The notes beneath the pieces were generated by a model that saw only the letters and a program-made list of their open reading frames with translations, did not search any database and had not been told where the DNA came from. The translations under genes were made by a program, and so were the position numbers. DNA of 37,985 nt from a bacterium (GTDB lineage: Bacteria > JADJOY01): positions 1 to 37,985 of the forward strand of contig JAXLQJ010000067.1 of NCBI GenBank assembly GCA_046331705.1. Reading direction: 5' to 3'. Shown here piece by piece: positions 1 to 9,657 of the stretch (its first letter is position 1; every line of letters begins with the position of its first letter).

Positions 1-2
1 CT

Positions 3-647
3 TCAACGCGGGGACTGGGCGAGCACCGCGCGGCGCACCAGCCGGCGGACCTCGTCCTTGAGCGCCGTGGTGGAGTCCGATTCGCCGCGCTCGGCCGGCA
101 GGTAGCCGGCCAGCACGACTGGCGCGGCAGCGAAGTAGAAGAGGATCATCCCCACGCTTCCGATGAGCACCGCGGGCGGATCGAAGCGCTGGAACTCGCC
201 GCGTTCTTGCCCGGCGCGCACGTACTCGGTGACGACCCGCAGCATGGGATGAACGTGATCGCTGAGCAACGTGGCGATGTCGATGTTGTGGTCCACCAGC
301 TCGCGAAACGCGAGGATCGCGAACTGCGGCTTGCGAGCGATGAGATCGACGAACGAGTCGGTGAGGTGCTCGATCTGCTCGGCCGGCGTGCCGGGCCGTT
401 GGATCGCCGCCACCAGCATCTCCTGGAGGTCGCGCAAGATCGCGCGCAGCACCTCCGAGTAGAGCTCGGCCTTGGTCGGGAAGTGGTAGTAGAGCGAGGC
501 CTTGCGGATTCCCACGCGCTCCGCGATCTCCGCGAGGTTGGCGCCGCTGAATCCGCTGCGGCAGAAGGCCGACTCGGCCTCCTCCAGGATCCGTTCGCGA
601 GTGGCGGGCCCGTTCCGGGGGCGGCTCGGTTTCGGGTCGTGGGTCAT
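3..647 (-). CDS. TetR/AcrR family transcriptional regulator
   Basis: C-terminal 214 aa of ORF 3..2231. ATG at 647 (MTHDPKP...). N-terminal HTH RERILEEAESAF..GFSGANLAEIAERVGIRKASLYYHFPTKAELY. Confidence 0.93.
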   Translation of the reverse strand: MTHDPKPSRPRNGPATRERILEEAESAFCRSGFSGANLAEIAERVGIRKASLYYHFPTKAELYSEVLRAILRDLQEMLVAAIQRPGTPAEQIEHLTDSFVDLIARKPQFAILAFRELVDHNIDIATLLSDHVHPMLRVVTEYVRAGQERGEFQRFDPPAVLIGSVGMILFYFAAAPVVLAGYLPAERGESDSTTALKDEVRRLVRRAVLAQSPR

Positions 648-709
648 CGGCGGCGAGTCGGGATCGAAGCGCGCGGCGCGAGCCCGCGCGCGGGGTCGCG
701 TCGCTTCGT

Positions 710-2218
710 TCAGTAGCGATAGATCAGCGTGGCGCCGAGCGACAGCGCCAGCGCCTCGAGCTCGAGCGGAAAGTCGTTGACGGTGGTCGAGAAGTCCTTG
801 CTGCCACCGAGGTTGACGCTCTGGCCCACGGCGAACTTGCGCGACGGATAGTGGAGGAGCTGCGCCACCGTCGACAGGTCGAGGCCCGCGAGCGCGGGCT
901 CGTCGAGGCTGTGATGAAGGAACTCGCGCCACGTGCAGCCCAGGCTGTAGATGAAACGCGTACCGTCGAGCGTGCCGGAGTCGACGGTGGTCTTGGGTAC
1001 CGGTGTCGGGTCGTACCAGAAGCCGGCCTGGACCCTCACGTCCGCGGTGACCCGATACTCGATGCCCGTGCGCACGGAGAACGTGTCGTTGAACTGCCGC
1101 TCGAAGAGCTGCTCCTTCACGCCGAGCAGCCCGTCGCCCAGGAACTGGATGCGCTGCTTGTTCCAGGCGGTCGCCCAGTTGGTCCACACCCCGTCGACGG
1201 CGACGAGCAGCTCCTCGGACGGGCGATACGCGATGCCCACGGCCACCTGTCGGGGGAAGATGATCCGGTAGCGAAACCGTGTGGCCTCGTCGACGAGCGG
1301 CCCGCCGTTCAGGCTCACGAGCAGCGGGTTGTCGTTCACCAGTCGCTTCACGTCGTCGGCCCAGATCACGGCGGCGCGTCCCTCGTAGTCCACCGCCATC
1401 AGGTCGCGATACGTGATGCCGTAGCTGAACGGCACGCCCGGTTTCCGAAACAGCAAGCCCAGGTGGTAGTTGAAGTGGGCGAAGTCGATGTCGAGGGTGT
1501 TCGAGGGGGCGAGGCCGGTGGGGAATTCTTGGTCGCTCTGGATCTCGAACTTCCCGTCGTCGACGCCGTTCTTCGAGTCGAGCAGCTCGCGCAGGAACGG
1601 CAGGTCCACGCCGATGTCCGCGATCGCGGCGTCGGTGAAGAAGCCGTCGCCGAGCTTCTGACGGTTCTCCATCTGGCGAAGCGCGCTCACGTTGAAGGTG
1701 GCGCCGACGTAGAAGCCCGACTCGCCGATGTGGTAGCCGACGGCGGGCGAGAGCGTCTCGACGAAGGTGCTCGTCTCGTACGCCGAGTAGCGCAACGGCC
1801 CGTGATCCTGGTCCCACTCGATCGCCGTGCCCCAGGTCGTCCCACCGCCGAGATCGAAGACGAGCCCAGGAACGCCGACGCGGAACGTGCCCGGGAAGTA
1901 GACGTTGTAGATGGGCGGGGTGATGTCGTGGCTCGCGCCGCCCTCGGCCGCCGACGAACGTTGCGTCACGAACGGCAGCACCACTTGCGAGAGGCCGACT
2001 TCCTGGATGTCTTCTTGCTCGAGCTGACCGAGCCCCGCCGGGTTGTAGTACCAAGCGGAGGCGCTGTCCGCCACGGCGGTGGCGGCGCCGCCCATCCCCG
2101 CTTCGCGGGGCCCGAAGCCGATGGTCTCGATGTAGCCCGCGCGGCTGGTGGCCGCGCCGAGCATGCCCATGAGCGCGCCACACACGAACAACGCGATCGG
2201 AAGAATGCGCCGTTGCAT
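710..2218 (-). CDS. FadL/OmpP1-family outer-membrane long-chain fatty acid/hydrophobic compound channel
   Basis: Signal peptide, hatch motif GFGPREAGMGGA...YYNPAG, amphipathic beta strands (FSVRTGIEYRV, VQAGFWYDPTP), C-terminal aromatic (..LIYRY). Confidence 0.88.
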   Translation of the reverse strand: MQRRILPIALFVCGALMGMLGAATSRAGYIETIGFGPREAGMGGAATAVADSASAWYYNPAGLGQLEQEDIQEVGLSQVVLPFVTQRSSAAEGGASHDITPPIYNVYFPGTFRVGVPGLVFDLGGGTTWGTAIEWDQDHGPLRYSAYETSTFVETLSPAVGYHIGESGFYVGATFNVSALRQMENRQKLGDGFFTDAAIADIGVDLPFLRELLDSKNGVDDGKFEIQSDQEFPTGLAPSNTLDIDFAHFNYHLGLLFRKPGVPFSYGITYRDLMAVDYEGRAAVIWADDVKRLVNDNPLLVSLNGGPLVDEATRFRYRIIFPRQVAVGIAYRPSEELLVAVDGVWTNWATAWNKQRIQFLGDGLLGVKEQLFERQFNDTFSVRTGIEYRVTADVRVQAGFWYDPTPVPKTTVDSGTLDGTRFIYSLGCTWREFLHHSLDEPALAGLDLSTVAQLLHYPSRKFAVGQSVNLGGSKDFSTTVNDFPLELEALALSLGATLIYRY

Positions 2219-2313
2219 GGCGCGGGATCATAGACCGTAGCGCTACGCGTGCCCATCCCCGCGCGCAGGTCTTCGCGCGGAACGAGCTGCGCGCCTGTGT
2301 CGCGATCGGCCCG

Positions 2314-4269
2314 TCAGGCCTTGAGGATCGGCAGGTCGCGGTAGAGCTCGAGCACGTCCGGATTCGCGAGCGCCTCGCGATTCTCCACGGGCTTGCCGTG
2401 GACGAGGTTCCGCACCGCCAGCTCGACCTTCTTGCCCGAACGCGTGTACGGGATGTCGGCGACGGGGACGATCTTCGCCGGCACGTGGCGCGGGCTCGCG
2501 TTGTCGCGGATGGTCTTCCGGATCTTGGCTTCCAGCGTCGCGTCGAAACGCACGTCCGGGCGCGTCTTCACGAACAGCACCACGCGCACGTCGCCCTGCC
2601 AGTCCTGACCGATCACCAGGCTGTCCGCGACCTCGGGCAGGCTCTCCACGGGACGATAGATCTCCGCGGTGCCGATCCGGACGCCGCCCGGGTTGAGAGT
2701 CGCGTCGGATCGCCCGTACACGACCACGCCGCCGCGCTCCGTGATCTCGATCAAGTCGCCGTGCGTCCAGATCCCCGGGAAGCGCTCGAAGTAGGCCGCT
2801 CGGTAGCGCTTGTCGTCCGGATCGTTCCAGAATCCCACGGGCATCGACGGGAAAGCCCGCGTGCAGACGAGCTCGCCCGGTCTGCCGGTGACGGATGCGC
2901 CGGCGTCGTCGAACGCATCCACCGCCATGCCGAGCCCCCGACACTGGATCTCGGGCGCCACGACGGGCAAGCGCGGATTGCCGAGCACGAAGCACGACAC
3001 GATGTCGGTGCCGCCCGAGATCGAGGCCAGGTGCACGTCGCGCTTCACCTCGCGGTACACGTACTCGAAGCTCTCGTGCAGCAACGGCGAGCCAGTCGAG
3101 AGCACCGTGCGCAGCGCGTGGAGGTCGTGCTCGGCGCCCGGTCGCACACCCTCCTTCTCGACCGCGGCGAGGTACTTGGCGCTGGTGCCGAAGATCGTGA
3201 CGCCTTCCTCGGCCGCCATGCGCCACAGCGCGTCGGCCCCGGGATGGAAGGGTGAGCCGTCCCACAGCACCAGCGTGGCACCCGAGGCGAGACCGGAGGC
3301 GAGCCAGTTCCACATCATCCAGCCGCAGGTCGTGAAGTAGAAGAAGCGATCGTCGCGCTTGAGGTCGGCGTGCAGCCACTGTTCCTTCACGTGCTGCAGC
3401 AGCGTGCCGCCGGCGCCGTGGACGATGCATTTGGGAACGCCGGTCGTCCCCGAGGAGTAGAGGATGTAGATGGGGTGATCGAAAGGCAGCGCCGCGAAGG
3501 CCAGCGGTCGGCCGGCCGCGCGCTCGATGGCCACGTCGAAGCGCTCCGCCGGCACCGAGAGATCGGCGAGGCTCGGCTCGGGCGACGCGTACGGGATCAC
3601 CAGCACGCGTTCGATCGATCCGACCTCGCGCACCAGCCCCCGCGCCCGGTCCAGGCAGTCGTGGCTCTTGCCGCCGTACGGATAGGCGTCGGCCGTGATC
3701 AGCACCTTGGGCTCGATCTGGCCGAACCGATCGACCACGCCACGCAAACCGAAGTCGGGCGAGCACGACGACCAGACGGCACCGAGGCTGGTGGTCGCGA
3801 GCATCGCGATGACCGCTTCCGGGACGTTCGGCACGAACCCCGCCACGCGATCGCCGACGCCGACCCCCGCGTCGGCGAGCCACGCCGCGAGGCCGGCGAC
3901 GGCGGAATGAAGCTCGGCGTAGCTGACCACGCGGCGCCGGCCGTCCTCCGCGCGCGCGACCAGCGCGGGATGATCGTCGCGGCGGCGCAGCAGGTTCTCG
4001 GCGAAGTTGAGCCTCGCCCCGGTGAACCAGCGCGCGCCCGGCATGCGCTCGCCGTCGACCAGCACCTCGTCCCACGGACGGGCGGCGCGGACCTCGGCGA
4101 GGTCCCAGATCGATCTCCAGAACGCCGCGCGATCGTCGATCGACCATTGCCAGAGCTCGTGGTCGTCGGCGAAGCGGCGGCCCAAGCGCGCCTCGAGCTG
4201 CGTCTGGTAGCGCGTGAGGTTGGCGGACGCGATGCGTTCGGCGTTGGGTGTCCACAGTCGCGAGGTCAT
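2314..4269 (-). CDS. Acetoacetyl-CoA synthetase (acetoacetate--CoA ligase)
   Basis: Adenylate-forming motifs YSSGTTGVPKCIVH, GRSDATLNPGGVRIGTAEIY and SGKKVE, plus the AACS-typical FTTCGWMMWNW. Confidence 0.93.
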   Translation of the reverse strand: MTSRLWTPNAERIASANLTRYQTQLEARLGRRFADDHELWQWSIDDRAAFWRSIWDLAEVRAARPWDEVLVDGERMPGARWFTGARLNFAENLLRRRDDHPALVARAEDGRRRVVSYAELHSAVAGLAAWLADAGVGVGDRVAGFVPNVPEAVIAMLATTSLGAVWSSCSPDFGLRGVVDRFGQIEPKVLITADAYPYGGKSHDCLDRARGLVREVGSIERVLVIPYASPEPSLADLSVPAERFDVAIERAAGRPLAFAALPFDHPIYILYSSGTTGVPKCIVHGAGGTLLQHVKEQWLHADLKRDDRFFYFTTCGWMMWNWLASGLASGATLVLWDGSPFHPGADALWRMAAEEGVTIFGTSAKYLAAVEKEGVRPGAEHDLHALRTVLSTGSPLLHESFEYVYREVKRDVHLASISGGTDIVSCFVLGNPRLPVVAPEIQCRGLGMAVDAFDDAGASVTGRPGELVCTRAFPSMPVGFWNDPDDKRYRAAYFERFPGIWTHGDLIEITERGGVVVYGRSDATLNPGGVRIGTAEIYRPVESLPEVADSLVIGQDWQGDVRVVLFVKTRPDVRFDATLEAKIRKTIRDNASPRHVPAKIVPVADIPYTRSGKKVELAVRNLVHGKPVENREALANPDVLELYRDLPILKA

Positions 4270-4323
4270 GGTCGCGCACCCCGAGGTCGAGGGTTCCAGG
4301 AGGAGAGGCGAACGCCGCGGCGC

Positions 4324-4788
4324 TCAGCTCGCGCCGCGCTCGTCGAGCCCGCTCACGGCGAGGCGGATCGCCTCCACCGGATCCTCGGCGCGGATCACGC
4401 CGGGGAGGTCCCAGGTGTTGAGGCCCACCACGCGCTTGCCGAGCTTGAGCGCGATGGCGATCTCGGAGAGCGTGCCGTACTCGCCCGCCACCGCGATGAA
4501 CGCGTCCGCGCTGTGCGCGAGCACCACGTTTCGCGCGTGGCCCATGTTGGTCGCGATGGCGATCTGGATGTGCGGGTTCGCGCGGTGCCGCGTGGGGGTG
4601 GGCAGGATGCCGACGGTGACGCCGCGCTCCTGGCGGGCTCCGCGGGCGGCCGCTTCCATCACGCCGCCCAATCCGCCGCACAAGAGCACGTGCCCGGCGC
4701 GCGCGACCTCGCGCCCGACTTCCATCGCGAGCGCGTAGACCGCGCCATCGCACGTGCCAGCGCCGATCACGGCCAGTTGCAGAGGCAT
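4324..4788 (-). CDS. TIGR00725/SLOG (LOG-like) Rossmann-fold nucleotide-binding protein
   Basis: Motifs GGLGGVMEAAARGA, GILP, MGHARN, GEYGTLSE. Confidence 0.85.
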   Translation of the reverse strand: MPLQLAVIGAGTCDGAVYALAMEVGREVARAGHVLLCGGLGGVMEAAARGARQERGVTVGILPTPTRHRANPHIQIAIATNMGHARNVVLAHSADAFIAVAGEYGTLSEIAIALKLGKRVVGLNTWDLPGVIRAEDPVEAIRLAVSGLDERGAS

Positions 4789-4840
4789 GGTTCCTGGGGG
4801 GCGCGGCGGGTTTCGGCGGCGAGCGCGCGTGCGTCGTGAA

Positions 4841-6238
4841 TCATGTCAGATACGTGAGGGCTTTGCGCATCAACGGATAGGTCGCGCCCGATGTCCACGC
4901 GTCGCGCAAGGTGCGGAGCAAGATGCGCGGCCGTCCGTAGAAGCGAACCAGCATCGTGCGTTGCATCGACTTCAACCATTCCACCGAGAGCGTCCCGCGG
5001 CTCGCCACGGGATTCGAGAAACTGCCACGAGCGGGATCGGATGCCCAGCCTTCGATGCGTCCCAGGCTCACCAGCTCCTCGCCGGAGCGGGTACCCGGCA
5101 GCGGACGGAAACCGTGGAAGTTGGCGCCGGTGAGGTCGAGACGGAGCGCCAGATCGAGCGTCGCCCTCACGTCCTCCGGCTCCTCGTCGGGGTAGCCGAG
5201 CATGAAGAAGCCGTGCACGGGGAATCCCTCGCTTCGCGCCAGGCGGACCTTCTCCTCGATCAGCGGGACCGACAGCGCCTTGCGCATGCGCTTCAGGATC
5301 CGCGGCGATCCCGACTCGATGCCCACGATGAGCGCATAGCAGCCTCCGGCGCGCATCTCGCGCAGCATCTCGCGCTCGAGCGTCTCGAGGCGCACACCGT
5401 TCGGCATCGTCCACGTGATGCCGAGCCCGCTCGCGCGCATGGCGCGGCTGAACCGGATCACGTAGTCGCGATCCCACGTGAAGTTGTCGTCCTCGATGTG
5501 GATCTCGCGGATGCCGTAGCGGCGATGCAGGTGCTCGATCTCGCTCAGCACGTGCTCGACCGAGCGGCTTCGCATCGCTCGGCCCGTGACGGTGAAGCCG
5601 GCGCAGAACGTACAGCGGTACGGGCACCCACGGGTCACGATGATGGGCGCGAAGGGCCGCTGGCGCACGAAGAGCGTCGGGGGGAAGCGCTGATACGCAC
5701 GCGGATCGATCGACTCCCAGGCGGGGAACCCGAGGGCGTCGAGATCGTCGCTGAAAAGCGGCTCCGACGAGACGATCCTGTCGCCCCGTCGAACGGTGAG
5801 GCCCGGGATCTCCGCCGGGTCGAGCGCTCGGCCGTCGGCGATGCGATCCGCGATCGCGACGAGGCCTCGCTCGCCCTCGCCCCGAAACGCGAGGTCGAGG
5901 CTCGGGATGTCGCGCAACGACTCGCTGGCGGCCGCCGACGCATGCGGTCCACCGAGGATCGTCGGCACGCCGGGCAGCGCACGGCGGACCACCGCGCACA
6001 TCGGCTCGATCGTCGAGACGTCGGACGTGAAGGCCGTGAGGCCCACCAGCTCCGGACGGAAGCGGTCGAGCGCGTCGTACCAATCGTCGAGATCGCCTCC
6101 GCTCAGCGTGAGATCGACGACCCTCGGCTGGTGGCCGGCGCGCGCGAGCGCCGCGGCGAGATAGCCGAGCCCGAGCGGCGGCAGGATCTGGAGTACCTGG
6201 CTGCGCGGGCGCGGAGGGACGGCGAGCAGGACTCGCAC
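4841..6238 (-). CDS. Cobalamin-binding radical SAM protein
   Basis: N-terminal B12-binding domain (PPLGLGYLAA, ILGGPHAS), CxxxCxxC (TRGCPYRCTFC), EDDNFT, GIESGS. GTG start. Confidence 0.9.
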   Translation of the reverse strand: MRVLLAVPPRPRSQVLQILPPLGLGYLAAALARAGHQPRVVDLTLSGGDLDDWYDALDRFRPELVGLTAFTSDVSTIEPMCAVVRRALPGVPTILGGPHASAAASESLRDIPSLDLAFRGEGERGLVAIADRIADGRALDPAEIPGLTVRRGDRIVSSEPLFSDDLDALGFPAWESIDPRAYQRFPPTLFVRQRPFAPIIVTRGCPYRCTFCAGFTVTGRAMRSRSVEHVLSEIEHLHRRYGIREIHIEDDNFTWDRDYVIRFSRAMRASGLGITWTMPNGVRLETLEREMLREMRAGGCYALIVGIESGSPRILKRMRKALSVPLIEEKVRLARSEGFPVHGFFMLGYPDEEPEDVRATLDLALRLDLTGANFHGFRPLPGTRSGEELVSLGRIEGWASDPARGSFSNPVASRGTLSVEWLKSMQRTMLVRFYGRPRILLRTLRDAWTSGATYPLMRKALTYLT

Positions 6239-6259
6239 GTCGTTCGTCCGGAGGGCGGG

Positions 6260-6508
6260 TTACGCCCCGCCCGTGGCGACGCGGGCTACCGATTCGGCGA
6301 CGACCGGCGGCGCCGAGCTGGTCGCCGAAGGGCGCGTTCTCGCGATCCAGAGGTTGGCCCACCACATCAGGAGCGCCACCGCCAGGGTCCCGGCGAGCAG
6401 CGCAGCGAGACTGAGCACGAAGCCGCGCATCAGGCGGCGCTCTTCGGCTCGGTGCAGGCGGATGTCCATGGTGCGGGCGGCGCGACTGCTCGGCGTGCGC
6501 GTGGTCAT
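6260..6508 (-). CDS. Small hypothetical single-pass membrane protein
   Basis: 82-aa ORF filling the gap between co-oriented genes, with one hydrophobic helix (FVLSLAALLAGTLAVALLMWW). Confidence 0.5.
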   Translation of the reverse strand: MTTRTPSSRAARTMDIRLHRAEERRLMRGFVLSLAALLAGTLAVALLMWWANLWIARTRPSATSSAPPVVAESVARVATGGA

Positions 6509-6545
6509 GCTACCACCAGCCGCCGCCGAACGGGCCAGGCCGCGA

Positions 6546-8264
6546 TCACGGGAACGGTACCTCGCCGAGCAACGCGCGACGCGTGAGCGCGGGCGAGAGG
6601 CTGCCGAAGCTCAGCAAGTGGTCGTGGAAGCGGGCGAGCTCGAACCCGGCGCCCGCGCGCTCGCGAACGCGCGCGCGCAGATCGAGCAAGAGCTCGCGCC
6701 CGACCAGGTAGGTCGAGGCCTGCGTCGGCCATGCGGCGTAGCGACGCACCTCGGCGCGGGCGGTGGCGGGATCGAGCCCGACGGCGTCGACCAAGCGCTC
6801 GGCGCTCTCCTCGACGGTCCATTCGCCGCGGTGCAGCCGCACGTCGACGTCGACCCGCCAGGTGCGGAAGAGGGCGTCGCGCAGCTGGGTCAGCTCGACT
6901 CGTGGATCCTCGCTCAGTCCTTCTTCCACCATCAGCTGTTCGCAGTAGAGCGCCCAACCCTCGCAGAGCAGCGGCGTGCCGTAGAGCGCTCGCGCCCTCG
7001 ACCCGCACCGCTTGGCGCGGGCGAGCTGCAGGTGGTGCCCGGGAAAAGCCTCGTGGACCACCAGCTGGGTGATGTTCGGCCATGCGTGATGGGCAAGCCA
7101 CGCTTCGCGCGCCTCGCCCTCGAGGCCGTCGGGAAGCGGCGTCACGTAGAAGAGCCCGCGTCCAGCGGGCTCGAGCGGGGCGGGGGGGAGGTAGGCGGCG
7201 ATCGGGATCAGCGGCCGCTCGAACTCGGGAGTCGCGACCACCGCGAGGTCCTCGTCGGCGATCGCGACCAGCCCCCGCTCGGCGACGAACCGGCGAACCC
7301 GGGCGACCTCGCCGCGGTAGGCGTCGAGAACGGCCTCCGCGGGCGGGTGGTCGCTGCCGATCTCGCGCCACAGCTCGCGCCAGCTGCGATGGGGATCGAT
7401 CCTCGCCGCGACCTGGCGGAGGCGTTCCTCGGTCTCGCGACGCACGCGGGCGGCGAGCTCGAGCAGCGCGTCGGTCGTGATGGCGAGGCCGTGGGCCTTC
7501 TCGAAGCGCAGCGTGAACGCGGCCTCGCCGATCGCTGCGTTACGAACCGCCCCACCGGCGTCGAGCTGCTCGCGCAATCGCGCCGCATACGCGTCGAGCG
7601 CGGCCGTCGCGTCGGCCGAGCCTGCCGCGACCCGGTCACGGATGGCGGGCGCGGTCGCGGCCGCCACGGCGGGAAGCGTGGTGCCGAAGAGCTCGCGAGC
7701 GCCGGCACAGGTTTCGATGGCGTTCTCGGAGAGGACGCGCGCCGGGCCGTCGAGGTTGGCGAGACCCTCGGCGAGCAGCCGCGGGATCTCACTCAGGCGC
7801 GCCGCGAGCGCTCGCATCCGCTCCTCGAGCGGACGGGACTCGCGCACCGCGAGCAGATAACACGCATAGATCGCGGTTTCCGGATAGATCGCCGGGTTCC
7901 ACGTCCAGGTGCGCACGTGGTGCCAGTCGTGAAGATCCGCTTCGAGCGTGCCGAGGACCTGGGCTCGGTCGAGGCGCTCGTCCGCCGTCAGCGCATCGTC
8001 GGGCAGCTCGGCGAGCAGCCGCGCCAGCCCCGCGGTCTCGGCGAGCTGCGCTTCCAGGGTGCGGGGGGCGAAGCTATCGAGCTCGTGATCGTGTCCCGCG
8101 ACACCGTCGATCGTCGCGGTGACGGGGCTCGATCGCCAGCGGTGCTCGAGAATGCGGCGGAAGATGGCCGCGAAGCTCGGTGCGGACTCCGCCGTCGGCG
8201 CGCCCGCGAGCGAAGCGCCGATGGATGCGCCGCCCGCGTCCACGCGCGCGCGAGGCTCGCTCAA
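6546..8264 (-). CDS. DUF885 family protein (putative zinc metallopeptidase)
   Basis: HEAFPGHHLQ and EGWALYCE motifs, ending ..FHDHLLSFGSLSP. Start uncertain: TTG 8264 overlapping the upstream stop (TTGA) or GTG 8243. Confidence 0.85.
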   Translation of the reverse strand: MSEPRARVDAGGASIGASLAGAPTAESAPSFAAIFRRILEHRWRSSPVTATIDGVAGHDHELDSFAPRTLEAQLAETAGLARLLAELPDDALTADERLDRAQVLGTLEADLHDWHHVRTWTWNPAIYPETAIYACYLLAVRESRPLEERMRALAARLSEIPRLLAEGLANLDGPARVLSENAIETCAGARELFGTTLPAVAAATAPAIRDRVAAGSADATAALDAYAARLREQLDAGGAVRNAAIGEAAFTLRFEKAHGLAITTDALLELAARVRRETEERLRQVAARIDPHRSWRELWREIGSDHPPAEAVLDAYRGEVARVRRFVAERGLVAIADEDLAVVATPEFERPLIPIAAYLPPAPLEPAGRGLFYVTPLPDGLEGEAREAWLAHHAWPNITQLVVHEAFPGHHLQLARAKRCGSRARALYGTPLLCEGWALYCEQLMVEEGLSEDPRVELTQLRDALFRTWRVDVDVRLHRGEWTVEESAERLVDAVGLDPATARAEVRRYAAWPTQASTYLVGRELLLDLRARVRERAGAGFELARFHDHLLSFGSLSPALTRRALLGEVPFP

Positions 8265-9451
8265 CGCGGCCGGCTCGTGCCCGACGGGAGCGCGAGGGTC
8301 TCGACCAGCTCGAGACCGAAGCCCTCGAGCCCGACCGGACGTAGTGCAGGATTGTGCGTGATGAGACGCAGCTTCTTGAGTCCGAGCCGCCGAAGCACCT
8401 GGGCGCCGAGACCGTAGTCGCGCAGCGCGGTGGGGTAGGTGTCGGTCTCGCGCAGATCCCCGAGCGCGTGCTCGACGGCTTCGGTGTGGCTCTTGAGCTT
8501 GCGCACCAGCCCGTCGGCGGTGAACGGCTTGAGGATGTAGAGGACGACACCGCAGGGGGCGCTGGCGATCTGCTCGATGGCGCGATGAAGCAACACGCCC
8601 TGGTCCCGCCGCAACGCCGTGAATGCATCGCCCCAGACGTCGCTCGAATGGACCCGTACCAGCGTGGGCACGTCGGGATCGATCGCGCCGCGCACCAGCG
8701 TCAGGTAGTGGAGCTGGTTCACCTTGTTGGTGAAGACGCGCACCTCGACCGGACCCGCGAGGTCGGTGTCGAGCCGCGCCCGCGCCACCTCGTCGACCAG
8801 CTCCTCGTTGGCGATCCGCCACGCGATCACGTCGGCGACGCTGACGATCGGAAGGTGGTGGTCGGCGGCGAGCTTGCGCAGCGCCGGCATGCGCGCCATC
8901 TCGCCGTCCTCTCCGAGCACGGCGCAGGTGACCGCCGCCGGACCGAAGCCCGCCAGCACCGTCAGGTCGGCCGCCGCCTCCGCGTGGGCCGCGCGCTCCA
9001 GCACGCCTCCCTCGCGGATGGCCACGGGGAAGACGTGTCCCGGCGAGATCAGGTCCTGCGGCCGGGTGTCCTCGGCCACGGCGACCTCGATCGTGCGTGC
9101 GCGGTCGGCGGCGCTGATGCCGGTGGTGACGCCGCGGCGGGCCTCGATGGAGACGGCGAACGCGGGGGTCGCGGGTCCGCGGTTCCGCACCGGCATCAAC
9201 GCCAGGCCCAGGCGGCGAATGCGCTCGAGCGTGAGCGCCACGCACACCAGCCCGCCACCGAAGCTGGCCATGAAGTTGACCGTCTCGGGGGTGATGCGCG
9301 CTCCCGCCATCACCAGCGCGCCTTCGCTCGAGTCGCGCTCGTCATCCGTGAGCACGACGAGACCGCCGTTGCGGATCGCCTCGATGGCGCGGGCGGCGCG
9401 GTGCCGGATGGCGTCGGGCTCGGGCAGGTGATGGGCAGGCGGTGTGTTCAC
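8261..9451 (-). CDS. RibBA/RibBX-like DHBP synthase-GTP cyclohydrolase II fusion with degenerate active sites
   Basis: C-terminal 396 aa of ORF 8261..10747, GTG start at 9451. RibB motifs TTGISAADRA and PGHVFP, and RibA-like RVHS..GD and RDYGLGAQVL. Several catalytic residues are substituted. Confidence 0.85.
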   Translation of the reverse strand: MNTPPAHHLPEPDAIRHRAARAIEAIRNGGLVVLTDDERDSSEGALVMAGARITPETVNFMASFGGGLVCVALTLERIRRLGLALMPVRNRGPATPAFAVSIEARRGVTTGISAADRARTIEVAVAEDTRPQDLISPGHVFPVAIREGGVLERAAHAEAAADLTVLAGFGPAAVTCAVLGEDGEMARMPALRKLAADHHLPIVSVADVIAWRIANEELVDEVARARLDTDLAGPVEVRVFTNKVNQLHYLTLVRGAIDPDVPTLVRVHSSDVWGDAFTALRRDQGVLLHRAIEQIASAPCGVVLYILKPFTADGLVRKLKSHTEAVEHALGDLRETDTYPTALRDYGLGAQVLRRLGLKKLRLITHNPALRPVGLEGFGLELVETLALPSGTSRPR

Positions 9452-9657
9452 GGGGCGGCTCTCGCGTCGCGGATCGTTGGGTCGGGGCGCGAGTATTCCA
9501 CTGGCGCCCAGAGCGTTCCAAGGACGCCCGAGCGCTGCAGCCGAGCGCCAGGCACCGTCGTCGGGTCCGGCGCTTGGAGCTCGCGGGCCGAACGACGAAG
9601 GGCGCGCTGCGCGGAACCCGCAGCACGCCCCTCGAGCGCGGTGGACGAAGCGCGTCG

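Noticed and set aside
648-2231. Apparent long N-terminal extensions of TetR, RibBA-like (to 10747), DUF885 (to 9245), DGC (to 17603) and DJ-1 (from 32319)
   Set aside because: They overlap better-supported upstream genes in other frames, and downstream starts or stop/start overlaps fit better.
9452-9657. Possible FMN riboswitch upstream of the ribBA-like gene
   Set aside because: No RFN conserved elements (AGGGCGGGG.GAAATTCCCGACCG-like core) are visible.
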